A stretch of 26,932 bases of DNA, taken from IMG/VR virus record IMGVR_UViG_3300044728_000090, positions 1 to 26,932 of that record; one strand, given 5' to 3'. This DNA comes from a virus. Lineage: Duplodnaviria; Caudoviricetes. Positions 8,461 through 16,219 of the stretch are shown here, in pieces (within the stretch, counting starts at the first letter, position 1; every line of letters starts with the position of its first letter). Position numbers and translations under genes: made by a program. Below the pieces are notes generated by a model. The model saw nothing but the letters and a program-made list of their open reading frames with translations. It was not told the origin of the DNA and searched no databases.

Positions 8461-10053
8461 ATGGACTTCGAGAAGTTACGGGACTACCAGAAGAGGAGCT
8501 TCGATAGCCTCAGGGATGGGATCAGGGGAGGGTATCACTCACAGGTATTAGTACTACCAACAGGTGGAGGGAAGACGGTCGTAGCATGTTGCTTGCTGGC
8601 TGAGGCTCACAAGCGAGGGACATCAGCTCACTTCCTGTGTGACCGGATCGCACTGGTGGATCAGACCTCCAAGATGCTGGACTTCTACGGGATACCTCAT
8701 GGTGTCATTCAGGGTGACCATCAGCGTGTGAGACCGTGGGAGAACATTCAGGTGGTCTCTACCCAGACGGCTACCAGACGCAAGGGTCGTCCCCGGAAGC
8801 AGAGCGAGATGGAGTACCGTGAGCCCAAGCTCGTGATCATCGACGAGTGCCACACATTCTCGACATTGGCCCGTGATTACTGCGCCAATCCAGACATCTA
8901 TGTGATCGGCCTGACTGCTACCCCGTTCCCTGAGTGGATGGGAGATTCGTACACCAACATAGTCAATGCCATCACCACTGACGCGCTGATTGAACTGGGC
9001 TGGCTGGTTCCGGTCAAGTACTACGCTGCCACCGAGGTCAACATGACTGGGGTCAAGACCAAACGTGACGGCGAGTGGGAGGACAAGGGCATGGAGCGTG
9101 AGAGCCTGAAGATCGTGGGGGATGTGGTCGAGGAGTGGATGCACCAGACTCGGACTCACTTCGGCAAGGCTGAGAAGTCGCTCGGGTTCTCGGTATCAGT
9201 GGCTCATGGTGCGGAGCTGTGTGCCGGGTTCCATGACATGGGATTCAACTTCCAGCAGATCAGCTACAAGGATCGGGACGACAAGCGTAGACGCATGCTG
9301 ATCGAGGAGTTCCGGAAGCCTGACTCGGAGATCGTGGGGCTCATCTCATGTGAGGCTCTCGCCAAGGGGTTCGACGTGCCTGACATCAAGATCGGGATAG
9401 GTGCGCGACCGTACAGAACGTCACTCTCGGGTGTGATACAGAGTGCAGGTCGTGTGATGAGGCCATTCCCCGGCAAGGATTACGCGCTATGGCTCGATCA
9501 TGCAGGGAACATCCACAGGTTCCACGAGGACATGCAGGAGGTGTACGCCAATGGTGTCCACAAGCTGGGTGCGAAGTCCTACGATACCGTAGTCCGGAAG
9601 GAGAAGACCAAGGAGGAGAAGGAGGTCAGCCAGTGCTTCTCATGCGGATTCGTGACGATGGCCCCGATATGCCCGAGTTGTGGTCATGTGCGTCCTGTCA
9701 AGAAAAGTCACGTGATAAATGTGCCGGGAGTTTCCGAGGAGGTAGCGGTTCATAGTAGCCAGCATACCAAGCACCCGTGGATGCAGGACAGGCGCAAGGT
9801 GTGGGGTGAGATATGTGTCCATGCCTACAACCTCAAGGGTGACCACAAGATAGCTGAGAACTTCTCGCTGTCCCACTATAAGCAGATGTACAAGGAGTGG
9901 CCCAAGAACCTGCCTCCGTACAGGGTGATGGCTACACAGGATATCGTGCCGAGCCCTGAGGTCAGGGGAATGATCACCTACAACATGATCAGGTGGCACA
10001 AGAAGAAGAAGCGGGAGAAGGAACAGTCTGAGAGGCAAGGGAGGCTTATTTGA
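8461..10053 (+). CDS. Superfamily 2 DEAD/DEAH-box helicase with C-terminal zinc ribbon
   Basis: LRDYQ Q-motif, PTGGGKT, DECH, TATP, GFDVPD, Q..GRVMR, CxxC...CPxCG; start at ATG 8461 behind GGAG (8428 possible). Confidence 0.92.
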   Translation: MDFEKLRDYQKRSFDSLRDGIRGGYHSQVLVLPTGGGKTVVACCLLAEAHKRGTSAHFLCDRIALVDQTSKMLDFYGIPHGVIQGDHQRVRPWENIQVVSTQTATRRKGRPRKQSEMEYREPKLVIIDECHTFSTLARDYCANPDIYVIGLTATPFPEWMGDSYTNIVNAITTDALIELGWLVPVKYYAATEVNMTGVKTKRDGEWEDKGMERESLKIVGDVVEEWMHQTRTHFGKAEKSLGFSVSVAHGAELCAGFHDMGFNFQQISYKDRDDKRRRMLIEEFRKPDSEIVGLISCEALAKGFDVPDIKIGIGARPYRTSLSGVIQSAGRVMRPFPGKDYALWLDHAGNIHRFHEDMQEVYANGVHKLGAKSYDTVVRKEKTKEEKEVSQCFSCGFVTMAPICPSCGHVRPVKKSHVINVPGVSEEVAVHSSQHTKHPWMQDRRKVWGEICVHAYNLKGDHKIAENFSLSHYKQMYKEWPKNLPPYRVMATQDIVPSPEVRGMITYNMIRWHKKKKREKEQSERQGRLI

Positions 10054-10955
10054 ACGAGTTCATAGAACTGGGCAGGTTCCACGGGCTGATCATCAACAGG
10101 GTCATCTGTGACGATGAGTGGCATCGGGTCGATACAATGGACAAGCGTGGTCATTACAATGGCTCGTACATCCACGATGGGAAGTTCGGCGCATTGATTA
10201 ACTGGGCCACTATGACCGAGTGTGCATGCCATCCGGACAGGGGTAGCGAGGCATGGAACAGTCCAGCTAACCTCAGGCTCAGGCAGGACATGGCACTGCT
10301 CATAGCCGAGTCATCCAAGGCCAAGGAGGAGCGATACAAGCGGGGTGCTGTGGAGGCTGCTGCACTGCTTCAGGAGTCAGAGATGAAGCCACACCCGTAT
10401 CTCGCCAAGAAGGGCTTCCCGAACAGGATTGGCTTCGTCAATCGAGGTCTCCTGCTAGTACCCATGCGCGACATCGTCACCAACAAGCTCAACAGCGTCC
10501 AATCCATCGATGAGTATGGCCTGAAGAAGTTCATGCACGGCGGTAGGGCCAAGGGATCGGTATTCAAGATGGGCAACAAGAATGCTCAGGGTATGCGGGT
10601 ACTCTGCGAAGGGTACGGAACAGGGCTCAGTATCATCGAAGCCGCGAGGAGCTTCTATAATCCAGTGCTCGTGATCGTGTGCTTCAGTACCGTGAACATC
10701 CCAGCGGTCGCCAATTACATCAAGGATAACGCTATCGTAGTGGCTGATAATGATGAGGCTGGCAGGGTTGCAGCGGAGAAGTCAGGATTGCCATATGTTC
10801 ACCCATCTAAAGAGGGTTCTGATGCCAATGACCTTCACCAGTCTGAGGGGATACTTGCCGTGGAGAAGCTGCTCAGGCGTGGGATGCTGGAGATGGTTAA
10901 CTCTCGGAAACCACCCCATCAAGACGAGCCTAGGGAGAGCCTAGACCGAGCCTAG
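10050..10955 (+). CDS. TOPRIM-domain DNA primase-like protein
   Basis: HPYL..KG, SVQSI...G.KKF..GG, CEGYGTG, ADND..G, DAND motifs; TTG start overlapping the helicase stop with GGGAGG RBS. Confidence 0.85.
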   Translation: MNEFIELGRFHGLIINRVICDDEWHRVDTMDKRGHYNGSYIHDGKFGALINWATMTECACHPDRGSEAWNSPANLRLRQDMALLIAESSKAKEERYKRGAVEAAALLQESEMKPHPYLAKKGFPNRIGFVNRGLLLVPMRDIVTNKLNSVQSIDEYGLKKFMHGGRAKGSVFKMGNKNAQGMRVLCEGYGTGLSIIEAARSFYNPVLVIVCFSTVNIPAVANYIKDNAIVVADNDEAGRVAAEKSGLPYVHPSKEGSDANDLHQSEGILAVEKLLRRGMLEMVNSRKPPHQDEPRESLDRA

Positions 10956-11779
10956 TCAGCAGTCTCGAAGTACACTTCAATCGCAGCATTGATGGTATCG
11001 AACACCTTGATATCGCGGTACTCATTCAGGAAGCTGGCTAACTTGGACTCAGCTACTTGCATGCGGGTTGACTTCTCCTCATGTATTACTGGCTTGGCAG
11101 TAGCTTCAGCCAATTGAGCCTTCAGTGCCTCGATCTCAGTGGCCTGTTCAGCAGACTTACGAGCATCATCCTCTCTGGTTAGCGCGATCTTCACCATCTC
11201 ATCCAGCTTCTCGAATGCACAGTGCAGGGCATCCTCAGCCATGTCGGTATATTCCTCCAGCTTGGAGATATCGATGCTCTCGAGGGCCTTGATCTGAGCC
11301 CTGATCTCATCGGCAGTCTTGTTCACGTACTCCAGTGGTGAGTTCCGGATGCTCATGATCAGGTGCTGATGGTTCTCTACCCGTAGCTTCTCGGCAGTCA
11401 GGGCAGCGGTCTTCTCAGCCTCCTTGATAGCGTCGAATTCGTCCTGCACAGCTTGGAGCCGCTTCTCCTCGGGCTCGATGATAGCGATCAGCCTACGCTC
11501 CTCAGCGATCACTGCCTTGGAGAACTTCTGGGCCTCATCACGAGCAGCCTTGCCGATCTTCTCGATCAGGCAGCGTTGATCACGTAGCGCGATCCGGGCA
11601 GTCTGAGCTTGCTTGTATCCTGCTGGATTGGTGATCACAGTGATGTCTGTTGATTGCTTGACCATGTCAGTCAATACCACCTCTACTACTGCGGTATTCA
11701 GGGCTATGCCAACCTTCTGGTCGATGGTCAGTACGTCCATGCTGGCAGATATCTTGGACTTCAATTTCGTCAACGTCAT
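10952..11779 (-). CDS. Coiled-coil phage protein (DUF1351-like)
   Basis: 'R..IEK..K..R........A.E..L...I.P.E..L' heptad pattern; AAGGAG RBS and own promoter. Confidence 0.6.
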   Translation of the reverse strand: MTLTKLKSKISASMDVLTIDQKVGIALNTAVVEVVLTDMVKQSTDITVITNPAGYKQAQTARIALRDQRCLIEKIGKAARDEAQKFSKAVIAEERRLIAIIEPEEKRLQAVQDEFDAIKEAEKTAALTAEKLRVENHQHLIMSIRNSPLEYVNKTADEIRAQIKALESIDISKLEEYTDMAEDALHCAFEKLDEMVKIALTREDDARKSAEQATEIEALKAQLAEATAKPVIHEEKSTRMQVAESKLASFLNEYRDIKVFDTINAAIEVYFETAD

Positions 11780-11813
11780 TGCAGTGCTCCTTAGTGGTTA
11801 AGTGACAGGAGCT

Positions 11814-11841
11814 ATTATACGTTAATCCGAATAATGTGCAA
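11814..11841 (-). promoter_or_regulatory. Leftward promoter with operator copy (11816-11833)
   Basis: Minus strand TTGCAC-16nt-TATAAT; TATACG-TTAATC-CGAATA. Confidence 0.65.
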
Positions 11842-11877
11842 CAATTATATGCACTATATTGAATAGGTACTCGTCCC

Positions 11878-12069
11878 TTATTTGTAGTTGGTTATTGCCC
11901 AATCGTGGAAGGTCATCAAGATGATGAAGCCAGCCAGAAGTATCCAGTATCTCAGTGAGAATAGCTCGATATCAGTTGCAGCCAGCATCCCACTGAACAT
12001 GATGTAGACACCGAACTGGGCCATGAATCTGGTGTTGACGAAGATGAATACTGCCAGTAGTCGAGCCAT
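11878..12069 (-). CDS. Small membrane protein (2 predicted hydrophobic segments)
   Basis: MARLLAVFIFV...; TAATG overlap with the last array peptide. Confidence 0.6.
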   Translation of the reverse strand: MARLLAVFIFVNTRFMAQFGVYIMFSGMLAATDIELFSLRYWILLAGFIILMTFHDWAITNYK

Positions 12070-12248
12070 TACCATTGCACCCTTGAATGATGGAATGACC
12101 GGATGATTCCATAATTTTTGGCGTGACACCATGATCGATCATCTGCCATCCAGTAGATACGGGATATCAGCCTGTACCCATGACTACCCTTGCAATAGGA
12201 TTTAACCTTAGTGTAGTCGTGACCTGTGCGTAGAGCGGCAGCTACCAT
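12069..12248 (-). CDS. Array peptide, 59 aa, MVAAALRTGHDYTKVKSYC... (absent from ORF track)
   Basis: Manual translation; shares the N-terminal motif and an RSWC motif; overlaps both neighbours. Confidence 0.75.
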   Translation of the reverse strand: MVAAALRTGHDYTKVKSYCKGSHGYRLISRIYWMADDRSWCHAKNYGIIRSFHHSRVQW

Positions 12249-12439
12249 TTCCTGATCCTCGATCTGTCTGGGTATGATTGGGCATGTCCATGTATGAAGA
12301 ATTCTGGCCCACTCACTATTACGGATCGTGTTCTGCCTGATGAGAGAGAGCTACCTACTCGCTCTGAGGATGCCCGACATCTGGAGTAAAGCCTCATCTT
12401 GGCGAAGAAGTACCCTTGCCTACTGACTGCTGCGTTCAT
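12242..12439 (-). CDS. Array peptide, 65 aa, MNAAVSRQGYFF...
   Basis: ATGA overlap at 12436-12439; shared N-terminal motif; Ser/Arg-rich. Confidence 0.75.
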   Translation of the reverse strand: MNAAVSRQGYFFAKMRLYSRCRASSERVGSSLSSGRTRSVIVSGPEFFIHGHAQSYPDRSRIRKW

Positions 12440-12639
12440 ATCGGATTCCATGTGATAGATATATTGCGCGGCCCTGTCACACATCTGCACCATGATCTGG
12501 CATTGATCCCACCTACAGCGCGACAGATAGAGTACATGCGACACCAGCCATCTCTTCTCGTCCTGCACCCTGACATATTGGTATCGTTGGATGGCCTGTG
12601 CTGATTGTCGAATGCTGATCTGACTATGGCTGCACTCAT
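12436..12639 (-). CDS. Array peptide, 67 aa, MSAAIVRSAFDN...
   Basis: ATGA overlap at 12636-12639; shared motif; RSWCR. Confidence 0.75.
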   Translation of the reverse strand: MSAAIVRSAFDNQHRPSNDTNMSGCRTRRDGWCRMYSICRAVGGINARSWCRCVTGPRNISITWNPI

Positions 12640-12830
12640 ATGTAGATCACACACAGGCCACACTCGGACTTCACCCTGCGCTTGGATGAGACAGAGGCTG
12701 ACCTTGCATATGTCAGATGCCCGATAGAGATGAATGAGCATGACCTACCCCATTTGAACCGGGAGGCCACACACTTGGATATCTTGCGGTACATCATTTC
12801 ATACCCTGTCCTGAGAGTAGCTGCACTCAT
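12636..12830 (-). CDS. Array peptide, 64 aa, MSAATLRTGYEM...
   Basis: ATGA overlap at 12827-12830; shared motif. Confidence 0.75.
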   Translation of the reverse strand: MSAATLRTGYEMMYRKISKCVASRFKWGRSCSFISIGHLTYARSASVSSKRRVKSECGLCVIYI

Positions 12831-13039
12831 TTCTTGCCCCAATAGATTGACCGGATCGGATGTGAAAGCCATCGGTGAGTAGCTATATTAGTCCACGAGA
12901 ATGAATTGGCTGTCCTTCTGTTATTGATGTTCCTCATTACTGAATATGGAACACCACTACTATCCCATCGCGCCCCACACCTAGACTTTCGGGCTGTTGT
13001 TGCCATCACATATCCCACCTTGATGACTGCTGCACTCAT
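12827..13039 (-). CDS. Array peptide, 70 aa, MSAAVIKVGYVM...
   Basis: ATGA overlap at 13036-13039, AGGAG upstream; shared motif. Confidence 0.75.
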   Translation of the reverse strand: MSAAVIKVGYVMATTARKSRCGARWDSSGVPYSVMRNINNRRTANSFSWTNIATHRWLSHPIRSIYWGKK

Positions 13040-13209
13040 CTGCATGTACTCCTACGCATAAGATTGCAGGGCCATGTGTAATGTCGGCAAGTTGAGTTGC
13101 TGTACTGCCATAGGCTGGCACGTGAGAATGATCGCGTTCTGCCATATGAGCTACCACCAACCCAGCACTTGGACTTACTTGGAATGACACACATCATGAC
13201 TGCACTCAC
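13036..13209 (-). CDS. Array peptide, 57 aa, MSAVMMCVIPSKSKCW... (GTG start; absent from ORF track)
   Basis: Manual translation; GTGA overlap with the upstream stop; Ser/Arg/Cys/Trp-rich. Confidence 0.7.
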   Translation of the reverse strand: MSAVMMCVIPSKSKCWVGGSSYGRTRSFSRASLWQYSNSTCRHYTWPCNLMRRSTCR

Positions 13210-13421
13210 GTGATAGCTCTACGCCTACGTTCGTCCATTACCTCCTCAGCCAGATCGTAAGCCTCAGCAGCGACATCTCTCAGGCTCATGGTCTTGTTGG
13301 GATCGCACAGGATGATCGATGGGAGCACCTGAAACGCGATGTAGTCAATCATCTTCATGCCGTTGTCTACCCGGCCTGAGATGTCCTCGAATGGCAGTGG
13401 GAATGCATGCTGGTACTTCAT
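13206..13421 (-). CDS. Small phage protein of the 'AFP...GMTLRDYFA' family (paralog 2)
   Basis: HAFP, GMKMIDYIAFQVL, AYDLAEEVMDER; ATGA overlap at 13418-13421. Confidence 0.7.
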   Translation of the reverse strand: MKYQHAFPLPFEDISGRVDNGMKMIDYIAFQVLPSIILCDPNKTMSLRDVAAEAYDLAEEVMDERRRRAIT

Positions 13422-13525
13422 TGCCAAGCACCGAATAGCTTGGCTACCCACATGAGGCCCACGAGCAGCATAGGCAGCGTGATGATGAAGAACAGGAACG
13501 ACAAGAGTAACTTGTAAAATATCAT
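13418..13525 (-). CDS. 35-aa single-pass membrane peptide MIFYKLLLSFLFFIITLPMLLVGLMWVAKLFGAWQ
   Basis: Manual translation; AGGAG RBS; ATGA coupling downstream. Confidence 0.6.
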   Translation of the reverse strand: MIFYKLLLSFLFFIITLPMLLVGLMWVAKLFGAWQ

Positions 13526-13535
13526 GGTAAGGCTC

Positions 13536-13637
13536 CTATAAGAGATACATTGTTATTGCTACATATCCAATCATCGACAGTGACAAGCAGACTACATACA
13601 TCAGGATGAGTAGAAGTACCATCCTCAATGCGATCAC
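13536..13637 (-). CDS. 33-aa single-pass membrane peptide MIALRMVLLLILMYVVCLSLSMIGYVAITMYLL
   Basis: Manual translation; GTGA overlap with GGAGG RBS. Confidence 0.55.
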   Translation of the reverse strand: MIALRMVLLLILMYVVCLSLSMIGYVAITMYLL

Positions 13638-13837
13638 GATAAGTCCTCCAGTGGCTTCAGCATTATTGACCAGTACGGCCTCGAGACAGGCCCATGATCA
13701 CCATGAGAGCGTGACCTGAACCCATTCCTAGACTTGCACCACGAGCTACCCTTCTGCCAGCTACCGCACCCACAGCTCGAGTAGATGCGTGTTCCTGCTA
13801 TGTCATGCCCTCGCTTCAGTACTGGTATCGAGAACAT
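13634..13837 (-). CDS. Array peptide, 67 aa, MFSIPVLKRGHD...
   Basis: VLKRGHD matches ALRTGHD; SSWCKSR; overlaps neighbours. Confidence 0.7.
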   Translation of the reverse strand: MFSIPVLKRGHDIAGTRIYSSCGCGSWQKGSSWCKSRNGFRSRSHGDHGPVSRPYWSIMLKPLEDLS

Positions 13838-14016
13838 GTTGTATTACCTGATGATGACCTGTTGAGGGAGGATGAAATCATCCACGAGTACGAGGTTGAT
13901 ATCTTAGCCGTGCGTGATCTCGAAACCGATTCGGTTTTCCAGAAACCCGTTCGGCATCCTGTACCCGATCCTCTGCTAGTACGTTCATATGCTCGTCTCA
14001 TTATTGATGCTCTCAT
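13816..14016 (-). CDS. Array peptide, 66 aa, MRASIMRRAYER...
   Basis: AGGA RBS; motif variant; very Ser/Arg/Thr-rich. Confidence 0.7.
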   Translation of the reverse strand: MRASIMRRAYERTSRGSGTGCRTGFWKTESVSRSRTAKISTSYSWMISSSLNRSSSGNTTCSRYQY

Positions 14017-14024
14017 TCGTCGTC

Positions 14025-14237
14025 CTACCCTAAAAATGACCTCGCCCTGTGTGAAGTGCTCTTAGCTGCCATGATGGAGTAGATGGTCAGCCCATTGTTG
14101 GTCTCAGTGTACGAGCGGGTACAACAGTTAGACCTGCTGCTGATATCGGATAGCAGCATCTTCCCTGATCCTGACTGCATCCACGAGAAGCTGTTGTCAT
14201 GGTTCATGCACCCCCTGCACATGGTGGTTGCCATCAT
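14025..14237 (-). CDS. Array peptide, 70 aa, MMATTMCRGCMN...
   Basis: ATGA overlap at 14234-14237; NSFSW motif shared with the 12827 peptide. Confidence 0.65.
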   Translation of the reverse strand: MMATTMCRGCMNHDNSFSWMQSGSGKMLLSDISSRSNCCTRSYTETNNGLTIYSIMAAKSTSHRARSFLG

Positions 14238-14464
14238 TTCACGTACCTCGATGTCTTGGATCGCGTCCTGACCATCATTAGATCAACTCTCATGCACGAG
14301 AAGTTAGTCCGGAACATATTCCTAGTCTCGCACCATGAGTGACCGATACAGTTCATCTTGCTCATCGATACCGATCCGGTATAGCCATTGTCATCATCCC
14401 CTGCACCACAAAATGACCTGATGATGCTGACTACACTGCGCCGATACATCAATGAAGTGTTCAA
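14234..14464 (-). CDS. Array peptide, about 76 aa, MNTSLMYRRSVVS... (TTG start proposed)
   Basis: TTGA overlap with the stop at 14461; HSWCE motif; same composition; start uncertain. Confidence 0.6.
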   Translation of the reverse strand: MNTSLMYRRSVVSIIRSFCGAGDDDNGYTGSVSMSKMNCIGHSWCETRNMFRTNFSCMRVDLMMVRTRSKTSRYVK

Positions 14465-14766
14465 TGCAGCGTCTCGTACAGGTGCTTGGCATACTCCGGG
14501 ATGTCGCATTCCACCAGATCAGCAGGATCGATACCGAATACCGTCAGACCTGCTGGCTTGTGCGGGTTGAGGTCATGAGTAATATCCACGGTCACTGTCC
14601 CATCCTCACTATACGAGTAGATGGTCACAATCTGATCGGTAGTCTTCAGCCTGTATAGCGTGTCCGGAGGGTACTTCTTGATCACCTTCTGCACTGCTGG
14701 TGGTCGTGATGCTACCCATCCATCATAGTCATTGAGGTCGACTATCCCTGCAATCTTAGCCATCAT
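14461..14766 (-). CDS. Hypothetical phage protein (W..SRP..V...PP...YRL...YSE.GTVTV...VFGI.P.DL)
   Basis: Globular-looking ORF coupled on both sides, AAGGAG RBS. Confidence 0.7.
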   Translation of the reverse strand: MMAKIAGIVDLNDYDGWVASRPPAVQKVIKKYPPDTLYRLKTTDQIVTIYSYSEDGTVTVDITHDLNPHKPAGLTVFGIDPADLVECDIPEYAKHLYETLH

Positions 14767-15182
14767 TCCACTCCTTCAATATTGTCCTGTAGTAATTCCC
14801 TCTCCTCGAACGTCACCAGCTCCGGGTAGTACTTCGCCAGCTTCTTGAGCCGATCATGCTCATCGATATCCCACAGCTTATAGCTCTCACTCATCACAGT
14901 ACCGTGGCCTAACTTAACCTGCTCGAGTGCCTGTACTAATGTGAACTGGATGAAATTAGCTAGTGTCCGATGCTCCTTCCTTGCTGCGATCTCTGCCAGA
15001 TACTTGATCATCGGATCGAACCTGATCCCGTATATCTCAGGCTTTGGTATCTTCGCTGTCTGTACCCTCGTCTTAGACCATCGGATAGCTACGGCCTGAC
15101 TAGCAATCTCCTTGCGTCTCTCCGGGGTCAGTTTGGCTGCACGGGCCAGCCCTCCCTTGGCGCGTCCTGTTGGTTCAGTCAT
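14763..15182 (-). CDS. Putative DNA-binding protein: basic 'KGG.ARAAKLTPERR.EIA....RW' motif plus ribbon-helix-helix-like domain
   Basis: IRFDPMIKYLAEIAARKEHRTLANFI resembles CopG/Arc RHH; ATGA coupling. Confidence 0.65.
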   Translation of the reverse strand: MTEPTGRAKGGLARAAKLTPERRKEIASQAVAIRWSKTRVQTAKIPKPEIYGIRFDPMIKYLAEIAARKEHRTLANFIQFTLVQALEQVKLGHGTVMSESYKLWDIDEHDRLKKLAKYYPELVTFEERELLQDNIEGVE

Positions 15183-15388
15183 CTATTCACCCCTATCATT
15201 TGCGAGAAGCTAATACCATTCCACTTCGACCTGCACTCAGAATTGACACGTGCTCTACCATCCATTGTTGACTTGCACCACGAGTAGCTCCACTGCCCAT
15301 ACCACGATCCGGTACGACAGGTGGACGAATAGGTCGATAACGTAGCCGATTCGGACTTGGAGCCATCATAGTGTGCTAGGCAGATCAT
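15179..15388 (-). CDS. Array-type peptide, 69 aa, MICLAHYDGSKSES...
   Basis: Ser/Trp/Cys-rich with YSWCKS; ATGA coupled on both sides; N-terminal motif degenerate. Confidence 0.65.
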   Translation of the reverse strand: MICLAHYDGSKSESATLSTYSSTCRTGSWYGQWSYSWCKSTMDGRARVNSECRSKWNGISFSQMIGVNR

Positions 15389-15681
15389 TCAGGCTTCATC
15401 TCGTTGATGTGGGCCTGTTCCTCCACCAGATCATTCAGTCGGGCTGATGTGATGGCTATCTTCCGCTTGATCCCTTCCCGCAGATAATCGTGTGCCTCCT
15501 GCCATGTATCACACCACTTAACACCTTCAGATTCCTTCTTCTCTCTTGAAGGATGGATAATCGCGCTGAATCCACGTCTTGGTAACATCACCATCTTCTC
15601 GGATTCACTGAGTATCTCTAAACGTTCAATGGCTGGCTTGATCCAGCTTGATGCCTTGTACTTGAACAGCTTGTCGCTCAC
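15385..15681 (-). CDS. Hypothetical phage protein (…ESEKMV…DTWQEAHDYL…)
   Basis: GTGA overlap with the upstream stop at 15678. Confidence 0.65.
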   Translation of the reverse strand: MSDKLFKYKASSWIKPAIERLEILSESEKMVMLPRRGFSAIIHPSREKKESEGVKWCDTWQEAHDYLREGIKRKIAITSARLNDLVEEQAHINEMKPE

Positions 15682-16031
15682 TTCTGCACCCGTGGTAGTG
15701 GGAACTTGATCGGGCATGCATCCACGATAGCACCACGTCCGATGATCACTACACCATCCGGGAATGGCTCAATCTCGTTGAAGTTGCCAGTCTTGAGGGC
15801 ATCTGCGAACCGTCCGGTATCAGCGATCCATGCAGCGTCAGTCAGCACCAGCTCGTGTGGAGTCACTGCGAACAGCTTGCCAGTGTTGATCATGGTTACC
15901 GTGCGGATCAGGTAGGAGCTGCCTAGTATCCATGCACCATTGTCAGATACTTCCTCCTGATGCTTCTTGGTGAACATGCCAGCGATCTCACGTGCCTCAC
16001 CTATTGTTAGATTGTCTATGTTGATAGTCAT
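15678..16031 (-). CDS. Conserved phage protein, predicted Sm/SH3-like beta-barrel (DUF6948-like)
   Basis: YLIRTVTMINTGKL.AV...ELVL.DAAWIADTGRF...EIEPFP...IGRGAIVDA; GAGGT RBS; fold and family call from memory of similar phage proteins. Confidence 0.65.
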   Translation of the reverse strand: MTINIDNLTIGEAREIAGMFTKKHQEEVSDNGAWILGSSYLIRTVTMINTGKLFAVTPHELVLTDAAWIADTGRFADALKTGNFNEIEPFPDGVVIIGRGAIVDACPIKFPLPRVQK

Positions 16032-16041
16032 TAGATACCTC

Positions 16042-16170
16042 TCACTTATTAGTAGAAAACTTCTCAATTATCTTGTCCTTCATGTTCGTCAGAGTGCCGT
16101 ACTTGTTGCCAGCCCAGAAGCCGAAATAGAAGACACCGAAACAGAATGCCAGCAGTATCAGGTCGATCAT
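16042..16170 (-). CDS. 42-aa membrane-anchored peptide MIDLILLAFCFGVFYFGFWAGNKYG...
   Basis: Manual translation; strong GGAGGAGG RBS. Confidence 0.65.
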   Translation of the reverse strand: MIDLILLAFCFGVFYFGFWAGNKYGTLTNMKDKIIEKFSTNK

Positions 16171-16219
16171 GTGATCCTCCTCCGATGTGGGGACTGATCC
16201 CCACACCTAGTTAAGCTAC

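Noticed and set aside
12242-12872. Longer ORF-track versions of the array genes (12242..12568, 12436..12741, 12636..12872)
   Set aside because: They overlap neighbours extensively; the internal MxAA starts coincide with ATGA overlaps and the shared motif
12420-13210. CRISPR-like array suggested by regularly spaced GCTGCACTCAT repeats
   Set aside because: Repeats are only about 11-15 nt and degenerate, spacing is 170-210 nt, no cas genes are present, and each repeat is exactly a stop/start junction encoding MSAA
13805-14271. Plus-strand ORFs 13805..14065 and 14083..14271 (Asp/Leu/Pro-rich)
   Set aside because: Antisense shadows of the Ser/Arg-rich peptides; no RBS or promoter context, whereas the minus-strand frames tile the operon
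12069-14464. Diversity-generating retroelement or integron cassettes as the source of peptide variation
   Set aside because: No reverse transcriptase, no template/variable repeat pair differing at adenines, no attC-like sites or integrase in the window; the genes overlap, leaving no room for sites
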